DNA from: a bacterium
GTDB taxonomy: Bacteria > UBA8248
Assembly (NCBI GenBank): GCA_965213685.1
Contig: CBDBZY010000064.1
Span: 416,001 to 480,000, forward strand
Length of the DNA stretch: 64,000 nucleotides
Direction: 5' to 3'
Below the pieces are notes generated by a model, which did not search any database, was not told the DNA's origin, and was given only the letters and a program-made list of their open reading frames with translations. Positions 1-17,918 of this stretch are shown in pieces. The translations under genes and the position numbers were made by a program. How positions within the stretch are numbered: position 1 is the first letter of the stretch; every line of letters begins with the position of its first letter.

Positions 1-808
1 CATCCCTTTTTTTGCACAAGGGTACCATTAAAAAGTATTGTTCTTGCCACTGAAGCTTCTTTCAGAGTCCAGCAAACAAATCAGTGGTCATAACAGCCAT
101 TGCTAAGGTGGGTAGGGAGGGGCTTGAACACCATCATTTCTGAAGTTGGGGGCTGAAGTCCCTCTAAAAATTCTTGAGCTACAGTAGCTACATATGTACC
201 TCACTGTATCTAACTGGCCAACTCATCCCCGCTACATAATAGTATAGTGAAGTAAGACGCTGCTCGAACGCGCCATCAGATATGAAGCAGCCTTTGTTAC
301 GTCTCGCGAACCTATAATTAATAGGCGTGGCTTCGCGAGGCCCGCCCTCACGTGCTTACCGTTTGCGCCACGTGACAATAACTATTACAAAATGGTTTCC
401 CAAATATGGGAAATTGTCGGGGACTTCTAGTTTCTGCCCATTTGGGAGCGTACTAAGAGTTTTATTAGCACAGATCGTACTTGGTAGTGATTACAGTGGA
501 TCCGTGAAAGAACTACGGTGATTACTTCAGCCAGTTTTGAGATACGTTAGTCTAAAGAAATCTCTTAAGAAGAAGAAGAATAGGAAGAAAGACAAAACGA
601 CCTTTGGAGAGTTTTCTGGTAGTAAGTCAAGGGATGCATTTTAGCTACTTGGGGGGTATTGTTGGGTAGAGAACCACTGGAATAGAATAGCTAGGGGCCC
701 ACAAAGGCTTAGAACGCGAGCGTTCGCGAGTTAAGAAGGCTTTCCTATGTACACGCACTATGGGCGTGTCGGCGCCATCCCTACATAGAGAGTCTACCGA
801 CTCTCTGA
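1..808 (+). mobile_element. 3' part of the ~1.18-kb palindrome-ended non-autonomous element (Helentron/HINE-like family); 5' part is outside the window
   Basis: Nearly colinear with 24866-26314 and with the reverse complement of 42779-43600. Contains (GAA)n and ends GCCATCCCTACATA-GAGAGTC-TACC-GACTCTC-TGA followed by TA. The paralogous upstream region at ~5481-5500 (taatatatacgtcttgc) is the empty site. Confidence 0.75.
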
Positions 809-1099
809 TATACGTCTTGCTTGTACCAGCTATGATTGTACACTGAGGGCACAGGAAGATAAGAGTGAGGGAGCAACATTTATAGTCTGTACCAAGGACA
901 CCACAGGGTACAATACAATACCCTGTCAACTGAAAATGCACTTATACACTATGGAATGAAGAGTCTCACCCAGCAAAAGGATTTGTTGTTCTAACAGCGA
1001 TGCAATTGTGTGACATTCCTACACTATACATACACTACAAGTAATGCTTCTGTTTGCAATGAAGTATGTGGAAGTAGTAGCAATGCACATAACAATCAT

Positions 1100-1265
1100 A
1101 CCAGGTTTGAAAAGTGTATTCAAGGCAGGGAAAGCTACCCACACTCTACGAAACACTGTTGTTCATCAACTGAAATATTCCTTAGTTGTTCCTGTGTAAA
1201 TATCTGCTGCACTATTGTTGTTGGCATTATTGAGGGCCACAGGTAATGGCCGAAATGTTTAGCAA
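1100..1265. mobile_element. Penelope-like relic upstream of sulfotransferase copy 1 (internally deleted) with a degenerate hammerhead
   Basis: Homologous to 21660-22055. Ends TTATTGAG-GGCC-acaggtaat-GGCC-GAAATGTTTAGCAA, a decayed CUGANGA/stem II/GAAACGTT motif. Confidence 0.5.
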
Positions 1266-1495
1266 AAGTAAATTCATTTCAAATGTGTAATGTATAAGGA
1301 ATAGCATTGCAAGAATTCATCATTAATAGCTCACTTTTTCTGAGCAACCTGTGAGAATACCACCTCATCAATATATCCTCTATCATCAGGACTTGCTGTC
1401 GTTGAAGTTCCTCGTGACAGTTCATTGTGGTGTGACTGGTGGTGGAACAGCCAGTGCTCGTAGTTTGCTATCTCATAATCACTGCCAAGTCAGTC

Positions 1496-3396
<1,901 letters not shown>

Positions 3397-3457
3397 GTTC
3401 CTATTTTTGTTGTTCAGAATAATACATACATGTAAACATGTGGGCACATAGAGTGGA

Positions 3458-3522
3458 ATTTTACCACAAGGGGTCTAATCATATGCATAATATGCATATG
3501 ATTAGACCCCTTGTGGTAAAAT
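3458..3522. repeat. Perfect palindrome (32-bp arms, 1-nt loop)
   Basis: ATTTTACCACAAGGGGTCTAATCATATGCATA-A-TATGCATATGATTAGACCCCTTGTGGTAAAAT. Confidence 0.9.
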
Positions 3523-3559
3523 GTTCTATTTTCACTCCATGTGCAACAGTCCAACTTGA

Positions 3560-4790
3560 CAGTCCAACTTGAGCAGCTCTCCTGCTCAAGTTGGACTGTC
3601 TGATGACACGGAGGAGGATAAGATGCATGATGGCACGCCAGATTCATAAGATGAGCTATCAAACATTCCCATATATGACATAGGCACCTGGTGATGAATA
3701 TATTAAGTTTGTTTGGTGAATCAGGTGAAGAAATGACAAACTTCTGTCCCGAGCATCAACGATCACTGGCAGCATATAAGGAAGAATAGGGAGACAAACT
3801 TTTGTCCCAAGTAATGACTTCTGCCTGATTCACCTGGTTCACTTACTGGAATCAAGAAAGACTAATAGTGGTAGTTTGGGAGGGTAGATAGCTTTGTTGC
3901 TTCCCTAGCGAGCCATGGTCCTGCAAAATTGTAGGTGGAGTGAGCTTGAACTTTCAACTTTTATCCACTGACCAATCAAAATGACCTACCCCTCTTGTAA
4001 AGCTGGCTACGGGCCTGTGATATGTACACAATCATGCAGCATGTACTGTGGACCTCTCCCCAAAAAAGGTACTCATGCACTGACACCATGCAACTGCAAG
4101 CCAGGCGGAAGCTTCTACAAAATTCCAAGAAAGTGTGGGTTGACCTTTGAAGTGATTATGTCATATATGCATGGTTGCCATAGTTACACATTTCGCTACT
4201 TGGAGGATGTTACTAGGGTTACCAAAGGTCCATGTACGCACTCCAGGACCTAATATTCGATAGATAGTTAGTGATAGTTGGTGACAGCTCACGTAGAGGC
4301 ACTATGGTGAGCTTTGACAACACAGCGGAAGGGTCCATTTATGGCGGCAGGGCACCCAAAACTATAAACTTTTCTGCCCACCGCCCGCATCACTTAAGAC
4401 AAAGTGGCGTTCGTATTGTTGAGTATGACCAATCCTGCTCCGCTGCTGCCGTGGCCATCTTTGAACTCGGCGATGATCATTTAATGTCTTCGCGACTTCT
4501 ATCGTCACGTTACCATTGCTACAAATATTGCTTTATAGAGCAATTTCAAACTTTGTCACCGAAAATAATAATAATACTGAATAATGGCCCGCCCGCTCGC
4601 ATGCACAAGTTAATTAGTTTTTCTATGTACGTATCCTCAATGATAGATCTGTGTGCCACCTGTGCAAGTGGAGGAAGACAGTCGCTCTTTCGTGCCGCAA
4701 GTTCTCTTGGCATTGAAACTGGAGGGCACAGTAAAGATCACCACTTCTGGAGCTCGGGGAGCGTGAGCACGCATGATAATATAGCCGTAC
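3560..4790 (-). pseudogene. Relic of an unidentified multi-exon gene co-duplicated with the sulfotransferase unit
   Basis: Blocks homologous to 19621-20660. Minus-strand exon-like pieces (..LRHERATVFLHLHR|gt, ..QKFVISSPDSPNKLNIFITR|gt, FDSSSYESGVPSCILSS) with stops or frameshifts. Confidence 0.4.
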
Positions 4791-4815
4791 CCGTGGTCTA
4801 GCGCATGATCGACGT

Positions 4816-4933
4816 ACCACTCCGCGTAGCAAGCGCAGCTTGCGTGTGTTTCTGTCCTTTAGTTCTATTCTTTAACCACTCCGCGTAGCAAGCGTAGCTT
4901 GCGTGTGTTTCTGTCCTTTAGTTCTATTCTTAA
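4816..4933. repeat. 59-bp tandem duplication (2 copies)
   Basis: ACCACTCCGCGTAGCAAGCG...TAGTTCTATTCTT at 4816 and 4875; single copy in the paralogous region at ~20694. Confidence 0.9.
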
Positions 4934-5769
4934 ACCAGGCGCTATACCCTTAGAGATTTTAGGAAAGGCAGAGCCCCCCCCCCACCCCCCCTCCCGATTT
5001 TAGGAGGGCAGCAGCATCCAAAGAGAGTTGTGAGGATGGGGCCTGACATGCCCATGCATGGTGTGACAAAAACGTTATAGTAAAATCATAAATGATCTGT
5101 GTTCTAAGCCCTTATCCAGTATCGCTCTTCTTAATAATTATTGACAGACACAAACAGATTTCATCTTCTCACTTTCAACAATGTACTCTGATCCTTGTCA
5201 CTGGGCTAAAGATGACAATTATAGTCCTATAATACTTTAGCCAAATGCTAAGGAGCACATGTACATAGCATGACTACTAATTACAATGATAAGACCCGTA
5301 GAGTATATAATTCAACTAATAGTGATAGGTGAGACTAAAACAAAAAAGCTAAAAGACAAATACAGAACAAAACAAGAGAAAGCAAAAACTTGTCATCTAT
5401 AAACAGCTACTGCTCTGTGCAGTGCTAGTGGCTCACTTCCCACACTGATCAGCTATGACCTCCAGACTCACAGTTATCCATAATATATACGTCTTGCTTG
5501 TACTAGCTATGATTGTACACTGAGGGCACAGGAAGGTAAGAGTGAGGGAGCAACATTTATACAAGGACACCACAGGGTACAATACAATACCCTGTCAACT
5601 GAAAATGCACTTATACACTATGGAATGAAGACTCTCACCCAGCAAAAGGATTTGTTGCTCTAACAGCGATGCAATTATGTGACATTCCTACACTATACAT
5701 ACACTACAAGTAATGCTTCTGTTTGCAATGAAGTATGTGGAAGTAGTAGCAATGCACATAACAATCATA

Positions 5770-5945
5770 CCAGGTTTGAAAAGTGTATTCAAGGCAGGGA
5801 AAGCTGCCCACACTCTACGAAACACTGTTGTTCATCAATTGAAATATTCCTTAGTTGTCCCTGTACAAATATCTGCTGCACTATTGTTGTTGTACATTGT
5901 CATTATTGAGGGCCACAGGTAATGGCCGAAATGTTTAGCAAAAGT
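5770..5945. mobile_element. Penelope-like relic with degenerate hammerhead upstream of copy 2
   Basis: Near-identical to 1100-1265. Confidence 0.5.
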
Positions 5946-6180
5946 AAGTTCATTTCATGACTACCTAATGTATAATGTATAAGGAATAGCATTACAAGAA
6001 TTCATCATTAATAGCTCACTTTTTCTGAGCAACCTGTGAGAATACCACCTCATCAATACATCCTCTATTGTCAGGACTTGCTGTCGTTGAAGTTCCTTGT
6101 GACAGTTCATTGTGGTGTGACTGGTGGCGGAACAGCCAGTGCTCATGGTTTGCTATCTCATAATCACTGCCAAGTCAGTC

Positions 6181-8070
<1,890 letters not shown>

Positions 8071-8103
8071 ATTCCTGTTTATCAGTTTGTATTATACAAT
8101 ATA

Positions 8104-10288
8104 CACAGTCAAAAAGAATTGAACACCCAGCAGAAATCGTTTTGATGCACAGATTCTAGTGCTCAGTCTGTACCTCTTGCACTCTGTGCAGGTAGTTGTT
8201 TGTGCATAGGAGTACTCACTTCCTCTACAACACCTAGACGTCATATGGCTTCATTGCCTGTAGTTAGGAGGTGGAGCTATTGAGTGTTCTCACCCACACA
8301 CATTAGCGCGTATTGGTTCACGATGTAGATTCTGCAGAAAAGGTGCACTAAAATCTCAGACAAGTAGCAAGACTTTGAATGTATCTTCTGGAGATAGCAA
8401 GCATCATATTTCTATCAATATTCTATTAAAAATTGCCTGTTATTTGGTAGATAAGTGGCAGTTAGAGAAAAACGTTAAAAATATCGGCTGTTGAGTAGGA
8501 GCAGTCTATCACGAGCTCCAAACAAAGCAGAAAAGGGGTTCAATGAATGAAACACTCATACGCTGTAGAAAACAGGCCATTACAGAACTGAACATCGAGT
8601 TATCAACATGTAGTGTGCGGGCCAACAAGATGGAAACGCTACCGTGGTTGCGAACGAGCGTAACAGAGCGCCATGAAACATCGATCTCTGTAACCTCAGT
8701 CAAGTGATGGTTCAGGGAAATAGGCCTGAAGGTGTACAGAGCCCTATGAAAGCCAAAGCATGAGCGACAGCATCGATAGAAACGAACAGAATCGCTTTGA
8801 AGTCTCGCTACTGGGCAGCGTTCATCCGAAGCGAAGTTGCTTCAGTGATAAAGCATGATTCCAGCCATTCAGGGACAATGCTAGTCCTTTTGCACACCAC
8901 AGAGCTAGAGAGGCATACAGGTACGACTGTATTCTGCACACACTGAAACACAGCAGCAGCAATGTGTGGTGGGAAGGGCTGTAAAATCAAGATGGATGTG
9001 GGCGAGCTCAAGCAAATTTGCGTCATCTTTGTGTAAAGTCCATGTCCATAGGTGCCAACTGTCCCGGAACGTCCGGGATAGTCACGGAATTGTTGGTCAT
9101 GTCCCTCGTCCCGCACGGATCGCTGCTTTGTCCCGGATTCTGGCGTTTACTGTTAGTCTAGGGAGGAGACTAGGCGCAAGTCTTGGAACGACAGAGACCA
9201 CGTGTGAGAGTCAAAGTACATGTGATAGCGTCATACGTGATAGCGTCAACTGCGAGCGAGTATCCTCTCCCTAACGTAAAATATGACCTAAAAATGAGTG
9301 TCATTGTGATTTGTCATAGATCAGACTTTCATGCAATTCGCAGGAGCTCTAAAGGTAACACATTCGCGCGATGCGTGCTTTGCTCGTCGGACTTTAGTGT
9401 GATTCTGTCATCATGGATGACTTGTCTCGCATAATGATTTGCTTTAGCGAATTGTTGTACAAATATTTTGAACTACCGTGCTGATTAATGGGGGTCCTAC
9501 CATAAGTGCTATAATTATGTATATCACTTGCAATAAGAGGTGGGGGTGAAGGGACCAAAACAAAATGTCCCTGAAGTTAGTTTTCAAAAGTTGGCACCTA
9601 TGCATGTCACTTTTCTGAGGAGGGCTTTTCCGGCTACCACGCAGTCTCTGGGCCTGGACACGGACTACATCTTTCACCAGAGTGATACCATTAGCCACTT
9701 AGTCAAGTACACAGTGAGCTGAATGGTCCAGAATGGACAGAACCTTCTAAATTAGTTTGCACTGAGCCATAATCCAAACCTGGTAGAGCATCTTTGGGAT
9801 AATCTAGGGCACTTCCAAGGCAGTGTGACTTCCTTGGACGAGAATAAACTGCAAATCAATCACACTACAGAAAGACAGCTTTCACGGTCACAATTTTTCA
9901 CGCTGGTGGAAGATTATGCATAGTAGCAATTAAAGCATAGGGGTACAGCCAGAGATATACATTCTCTCACAATCCTTGATTTGAATGTGTGGGTTATTAT
10001 TATGACAAGACATATTTCGAGTCCTACTACTTGTTTGAGAGGAATCTTTTATTGCAGTACTGCAGAGCAACAGGATAGCGCACTAATGTGTGTGGGTGAG
10101 GACCCTCAATAGCTCCACCTCCTAACTACGGACAGTGAAGCCATATGACGTCTAAGTGTTGTAGAGGAAGTGAGTACTCATATGCACAAACAACTACCTG
10201 CACAGAGTGCAAGAGGTAGAGACTGAGCACTAGAATCTGTGCATCAAACTATTTCTTCTGGGTGTTCAATTCTTTTTGACTGGTAGTG
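8104..10288 (+). mobile_element. Tc1-like DNA transposon with decayed transposase
   Basis: ~200-bp TIRs (CAC[TACC]AGTCAAAAAGAATTGAACACCCAG..) and TA flanks. Empty site visible after copies 1 and 3. Plus-strand remnants of Tc1 motifs: CFSDKA (~FSDE), TLKHSSSNVW (~TVKHGGGSVMVW), IFHQSDTISH (~FQQDNAxxH), NPNLVEHLW (~DLNPIEHLW). Confidence 0.8.
9047..9602 (+). mobile_element. hAT-like non-autonomous element nested in the Tc1 element
   Basis: 14-bp TIR CATAGGTGCCAACT/AGTTGGCACCTATG; 6-bp direct repeat CATGTC at 9041-9046 and 9603-9608; internal ARCVLCSSDFSV resembles a BED-finger start. Confidence 0.65.
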
Positions 10289-10764
10289 TATACATGTAAA
10301 CATGTGGTCACATAGAGTGGAAATAGAACATTTTACCACAAGGGGTTAAAACCTACTGATTAGCATATATATAGTCAGCACCATCAGCAGGAGAGCTGTT
10401 CTAGTCTGATGAGCATGATGGATGAGCTATCGTACACTCACCACCTTCCATTGCAAGAAGTACTGGGGATATCAATGATGCAGACCCATAGCTGGGGGGG
10501 ACCAAAGGGGTCAGCTTTCATGTGTAAAGGAGATAAAGAGTTCCAAAGCCGAGGCATTCTAGAAATGTTGCAAAGAATTTGTTCTAGACAGAGAATGTTT
10601 CAGTTTAAAATAGGTAGAGGAACGTGTGGAATTAGAACTGAAAGTGACATGGGCTGAAATGTTGAAGGTGTTGGTAGGCTCTTAAGGCACTGAACAAAAA
10701 ACATGTGCATCATTAGTGGCAACATTTGTAGGGCCACTATCCGAGATTTATAATCTGATGATAG

Positions 10765-10985
10765 CACTGTAAAAAATACAGTGTGCCTAGCACACCGTAT
10801 ACAGTGTGCTCACCATGTCTCCATACACACACCACATTTGGTGTGCTGGGCACACTTTCCTGAAGCACACCAATTTGGGTGTGCATAGCACACCAATTCT
10901 GCTATGTATAGCACACCAGAATGGGTGTGCTGGGCACACTTTTTGAGGTGTGCTAGCACACTTAATTTGGTGTGCTTACACATCA
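10765..10985 (+). mobile_element. CACTA/EnSpm-like terminus with subterminal GTGTGC/GCACAC repeats
   Basis: Starts CACTGTAAAAAA followed by many alternating GTGTGC/GCACAC motifs; the other end was not found. Confidence 0.4.
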
Positions 10986-11055
10986 GTCATTATTGTTACC
11001 TTCTTTAACCTAACTAAAAATTATTAAAAAGAGAATGCAAATTGCAGAACTAAGT

Positions 11056-11310
11056 TGAAAACACTCTTAGTTGGCTAGGATAACTCATAGTTCTAGGTAC
11101 TCAACAAACACTAGCCGCAAATTTGCTGTTCAAAAACAACTCTTTATTCCAAACGTTTCGGTCACTGATCTGTGACCTTCTTCAGTGGCAAGTACACAAA
11201 CAAAGGCAATGCAGTGGCTCTTTATACACTAGGGAAGCAAAACGTTTGGCATAAAGAGTTGTTTTTGAACAGCAAATTTGCGGCTAGTGTTTGTTGAGTA
11301 CCTAGAACTA
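11056..11310 (-). mobile_element. Short Penelope-like insertion (pLTR plus inverted partial pLTR)
   Basis: ~70-bp inverted arms (11086-11158 and 11240-11312); 13-bp direct repeat TGCAGAACTAAGT at 11043-11055 and 11311-11323; contains a minimal hammerhead. Confidence 0.75.
11149..11188 (-). ncRNA. Minimal type I hammerhead ribozyme (Penelope-type)
   Basis: Minus strand CCA-CTGAAGA-A-GGTCAC-agatca-GTGACC-GAAA-CGTT-TGG: intact core, 6-bp stem II, palindromic ACGT stem III and stem I CCA/TGG. Confidence 0.8.
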
Positions 11311-11789
11311 TGCAGAACTAAGTACTTCACAAACAAGCTAACAATGTCTTCTTGCTGTCTTCACTGCACTGTGTGATAGTTATGGTGTCTTCAGCCACAG
11401 CATGCAGATGCTTACACATTTCTGAAAGAAAAGTCGGTGTTATGTATTTTTAAATCCACCTAGGTAAAAAGTAATGTTAAATTATGCATATTGCTACTAC
11501 TTAGTACTTACAGATTAGAAGTGTGCAAGGGTCACCTTTGCTTGATTCTGAGCTGTGGAAGGGTTAGAGTGTATAACTTGAGGGAGTTACATGCCCAAGT
11601 ACAATGCATAAAAGGGAAACCACAGTCACTGCACATTGCTAGATAATTATATCGCCCACCATCAAGATTTTAGGGCAGATATCTTTTCCAGGCTGGCCCG
11701 CTAGTTTTAAAGAACGCTTTTGTTTGTACATAAACAATTAGTGTGTCATTGCCATTCCTACACGAACTGTTTACCGACTCTGAAACAAC

Positions 11790-12085
11790 AGTGAAGTAAG
11801 ATACTGCTGAAACCATAGTCTTAGCATAGATAAACGAGCGGAGCACAGGCCACTCCGATAGTCTCGACCGTAGTTAAAGTTCGTGGGAGAAATGACTAGG
11901 GCGTGGCCTCGTGCGCGGCGCGCGCACGGGGCCAACCCTCACGTGCTTGCAATTTGTGTCACGTGACAATTATTAGAAAATGGCTTCCAAGTATGGGCAT
12001 GTTGTCCAGCGCTTCTACTTTCTGCTTATTGGCTATTAATAAGGCAGATAATACGCGGTAGTGATTACAGTTGGTCTGTAAAGAT
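11790..12085 (+). mobile_element. Diverged internal fragment of the 1.18-kb palindrome-ended family
   Basis: Shares GTGAAGTAAGA, GGCGTGGC..CCCTCACGTGCTT..CACGTGACAAT and GGTAGTGATTACAGT blocks with 247-510. Confidence 0.55.
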
Positions 12086-12129
12086 GCGTAATTTTGACTG
12101 ACTTTTCGTCGCGTGAGTTGCTTCTCTCA

Positions 12130-13880
12130 GGCTTAGCCTGAATATCCTGTAAAACCAGACTTAGCAGAAATCTGCCATCAAGCGCAGAAGTAGCACCACT
12201 GTGTAACAGCTAGCAATTGCGTACATCTCGTACGCTTGATGGGTGCACATCTTTTCGTTCACACTCAGCCGATCTGTGTGAAGCAATTGCTTCCTTATAG
12301 CCAAAAGAATTTGCACAACCAATGTAGACCCCAAGGGTCTAGAGGTGGCTTGTACTAGACAAATGTCCTGGTGTCAGACTGATTGGAATTGGGGAAACGT
12401 ATGTTGAGAGCAATATCAAATATGATATCCAAGATGCAGTAGGACCATGCACTCCAGCTCTGTGCAAGTGATGAAAGTGGCTGTGAAGTTGCTGTACACA
12501 CTATGCAACATCTTTTCAGCCTTAAATTCCACATGTTCACAGGGTAATCCAGGTCAATGCCTCTAATGCCTTCAACTCCTTGAACCATCAAACAGCACTT
12601 AGAAACATTCTTCATCTCTGTCCTGCAAATTGCAAAAGTTCTCATCAATAGATACCGATCTGATGTCAACCTTTTCATTGATGGAGAGACCATTTTGTCA
12701 CAAGAGGGTACAATGCAAGGTGACCCCCTGGCCACTGCTATGTATACCATCAGTACCATACCCTTGATCAGGGGCATAGGAGCCAGTACGGCTACTCCGG
12801 CTTTGGCTGTAGTAGATTTTGGCCCCACGTACTTAGTTGGTTTGCTTCGAGCTACTTACTCTCGTGCTACGTCACTACGCGCCTAGTCCTTGTCGCTATA
12901 GTCCTTGTCACTGAGCGAAGATCAGGTGCCGGGTGAAGTTACAGCACCTCTTGTTAAGTTAGTCATTGGTCAGTCAGTGGCCTTCCCTCTTGCAGCTTGA
13001 GATCTAATTCAGGCCAAAAGAATTGCACAACCAGCTAAACAACTGTGTCCAAAGCAGATGATTACTTGCAAACCTTCCAAATTCACTTCAGAAATCAGTT
13101 GAGATTTTGAGAGAGAGTGGGGCTTCCACATGGCTCACTGCCTTGCCACTTTCTGAGCATGGGTATGCCCTTCACAAGGGAGCCTTTCGTGATGCCTTAT
13201 GCCTCTGTTATGGCTGGCATCCACCACTCCTACTGTCCAAGTGTGTGTGTGACAAAACCTTCAGTGTGGAACACTGAGCTGTCCCTATGGTGGTTTTCCA
13301 ACAATTCGGCATTACAAAGTAAGGGATATCACAGCTCACCTCTTGAGTGATGTTTGCCAAGGTGTGGGGATTGAACCACTCCTATAAATCTATCACAAGT
13401 GAGCAGATTTCTCACCGAACTGCCAACATCGAGGATGGAGCACGTCTTGATATCAAGGCACAGGGCTTCTGGGAGAACAATAGACGGTGTGCATATTTTG
13501 ATGTTTGGGTGTTTAACCCCCTCCGGCACACACTTATCACTGTCTCCCATTACCTACCTGCTACAGAAGACATGAACAGGAGCTTATGATCAAAGGATTA
13601 GAGAAGTTGAACATGAATGCTTTTCTACCCTTGTTTCTCGACATCTGGGGGAATGGGTCCAACAGCCAAAGTAGTGTACAAGAAGTTGGCCTCCATGAGA
13701 GCCTCAAAACACAATCAGCCCTACAGCCAAACAATCAACTGGTTTTGCTGCAGATTCAGCTTTTCACTCCTTCGGTCATGCAAAATGTGTTTGAGGGGAT
13801 CTTGCTCATCAGTCAACCACCCTTCTCACCCTCAGATTCTTGAAGCCGCCATTGACCGTGCCCTCTGCAACAGCAGAGTG
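12130..13880 (+). mobile_element. Decayed non-LTR retrotransposon, CRE-like (RT plus restriction-like endonuclease)
   Basis: SQEGTMQGDPLATAMY (RT motif), GARLDIKAQGFW..AYFDVWVFNP (RLE) and FSTSGGMGP; several stops and frameshifts. Boundaries approximate. Confidence 0.75.
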
Positions 13881-14236
13881 ACTATTTATGTTTCATCCAT
13901 TTTCTTTAATTGTATCTATTTTTGTTCTTTGGTTTTGTTTTTGAAATGTCATTCTATTGTATTGCTTGTACTACCTCACTTGTAGTATTACATGACATTG
14001 AGCGTACATTCCGGCGTATACTCTTCGGTAGCTTGGTAATCTAGCGAGTGCGCATTGTACTTATCGTCTTGACAATAAAGATCTCACAGCCTTTGTATAC
14101 ATAGTAGCTCCTCACCAAACGCACGCATTTATCTCGTGCCCGTGAGCTAGCCGTTCAGCTCTCTGAGACTCAGATTATTATTAGGGGGGCCATTATTAGA
14201 ATTATATGGGGTTAAAGTTCCTTGTGACAGTTCCGG

Positions 14237-14821
14237 TGTCACAGGATAATCTGTCGCCCGGAAATTCTGTCGCTGCGACAGTATTTCCTAGGAAATTTGG
14301 TCGCACGCTAAAACAGAGCGACAGAATTTCCTAGGGAAAATTGTCGCACCTTAGGAAATTCTGTCGCCTCGAAGTGCATTCATAGAGAACGTGTCGACGT
14401 GTCGAATATGGACCAGGTGGTGTACGACGTTCTTCAGAGCTGTCTAGTGACCTCTACGTTCCCAAACGATTACACTAAGAACCAGAAAGCTCACTCACTA
14501 TGCTCACTTCCACTGTACAAGGCACCAACGCCACACATAATTGATCACATAACTACAACGTAGCTCGGGTCTAATACCTCTACAACGTACGAAGAGGGGC
14601 TTGGTAGTTACTGAACTCCATTGTAACAGGCGTCGTTTGTTACCCGGACTCAGCCATAGCCGTCACAAAAAACGTGTCTTACATGACTGTAGCGACATAA
14701 TTTCCTAGCCGCGACAATTTTCCCTAGGAAATTCTGTCGCTCTATTTTAGCTTGCGACCAAATTTCCTAGGAAATACTGTCGCCGCGACAGAATTTCCGG
14801 GCGACAATATTTCCTGTGACA
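14237..14821. mobile_element. Ginger1-like MITE immediately upstream of the ATG of sulfotransferase copy 3
   Basis: ~130-bp TIRs with TGTCA...TGACA ends, flanked by CCGG on both sides (14233-14236, 14822-14825). TGT ends with a CCGG TSD are described for Ginger1. Confidence 0.65.
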
Positions 14822-14893
14822 CCGGCCTTGTTGGTGCGCCTGGCAGTGGCATTCCAGCCAGTGCTCATCTCGTAATCACCATCCAAATCAGTC

Positions 14894-16662
<1,769 letters not shown>

Positions 16663-16871
16663 GTTCCTGTTTTAGTTGTTCATATACATGTGTACATGTG
16701 GGCACATAGAGTGAAAATACAACATTTTACCACAAAGTGTCAAAATACTAAAATAATTGGTCGAGCGGGAGCGAACCCGTTCCACTGGCCAGAAGTATGA
16801 AAAGCATTTTCCAAAAATGTAGGAGGATGTAGGGATGGCAGTGCAAAAAACCACAGAAACTATATATACAT

Positions 16872-17392
16872 ATTGCATAAAAAGGAATGGAGACAAGACC
16901 TGGATGTAGAGTATATGCTATTATTGTAACTAGTTGTCATGGGAATGATGATGAAGCGTGGAGTACCTCATGCCTGATTATGCAACACAAGCCCTATATA
17001 GTTGAGCTGAGTTTCATGGACACACAGAAATCACATGACTCGATCAATGAAGGGTCATCACTGACCACGGAGGGATCACCCCAGACCAATGTAGTACATG
17101 TACCAATGTCACATTTAGGAAAGAATTTAAGTATGATTTCAAACTATAATTATACTCCCTATCCCTGTCATTTGTCTTGTAGCTTTGCACTCCTACACCA
17201 ACTTGCATACTTTTGTGTAGTGATAGTAGCTTTTCGGAAGGGACACGTTGGTGGCTGCTCAACAATATAGGGCTTGTGTTGCATAATCAGGCATGAGGTA
17301 CTTCATGCTTCATCATCGTTCCCATGACAACTAGTTACAATAATTGCATATACTCTACATCCAGGTCTTGTCTCCATTCCTTTTTATGCAAT
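16872..17392. mobile_element. Fold-back element with ~135-bp inverted arms
   Basis: 16872-17007 is the near-perfect reverse complement of 17257-17392. Confidence 0.75.
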
Positions 17393-17918
17393 CCCTATAT
17401 TCCCTTCGAAATTTCAATTTTTTTAATTTACTTGTCTCCTCTCCCTTTTTTGCTGCTTTCAGCAAGAGTGTTGAAATAATACAATGAAAGCCACATTAGC
17501 ACACAGTTACATGTAGCTATCAGTAACCTAATTCTGCATGGATTTTAACATGGTGCACTGTGATATGCACATGATGCAGAGTACATGTATATGTAACAGT
17601 GCAGTGTGCATATAGATGTCTCTGGTTCGTTTCAGCCTGTGTTGAGCACGCCTTCTTAGCCTCCGAGTCCACCAAACACAGACTTGATAGTAACTTCAAC
17701 ACATATCACAGTCGCACGCAGGTCAGAAATTTGGCAGCTGCGTAACCAAGGCATAAAAAGAACCCCTGGGTCCATGTGTTGCTAAGGCCCAGCCCATGGC
17801 GGCCCCACAAGGCCTCCAAACGGCTTGAAAATGTAGCCTAGGATATATACATGTACGTACAGTATGGGACGGTACCGCACTAGTCTCTGCTCTAGTCCGT
17901 TTTCAATGGTCTCTCACG

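Noticed and set aside
1439-1495. N-terminal extension from the GTG start in the ORF track (also 6124, 22229, 58548)
   Set aside because: A conserved downstream ATG precedes the TM anchor in all four sulfotransferases; for ELOVL the GTG coincides with a probable splice donor.
4669-4860. U3 snoRNA-like boxes (GAGGAAGA, GAGCGTGA, ATGATCG)
   Set aside because: Box spacing is wrong, there is no box A or proper box D, the first box is not kept in the paralog at ~20548, and the region reads better as a minus-strand exon relic.
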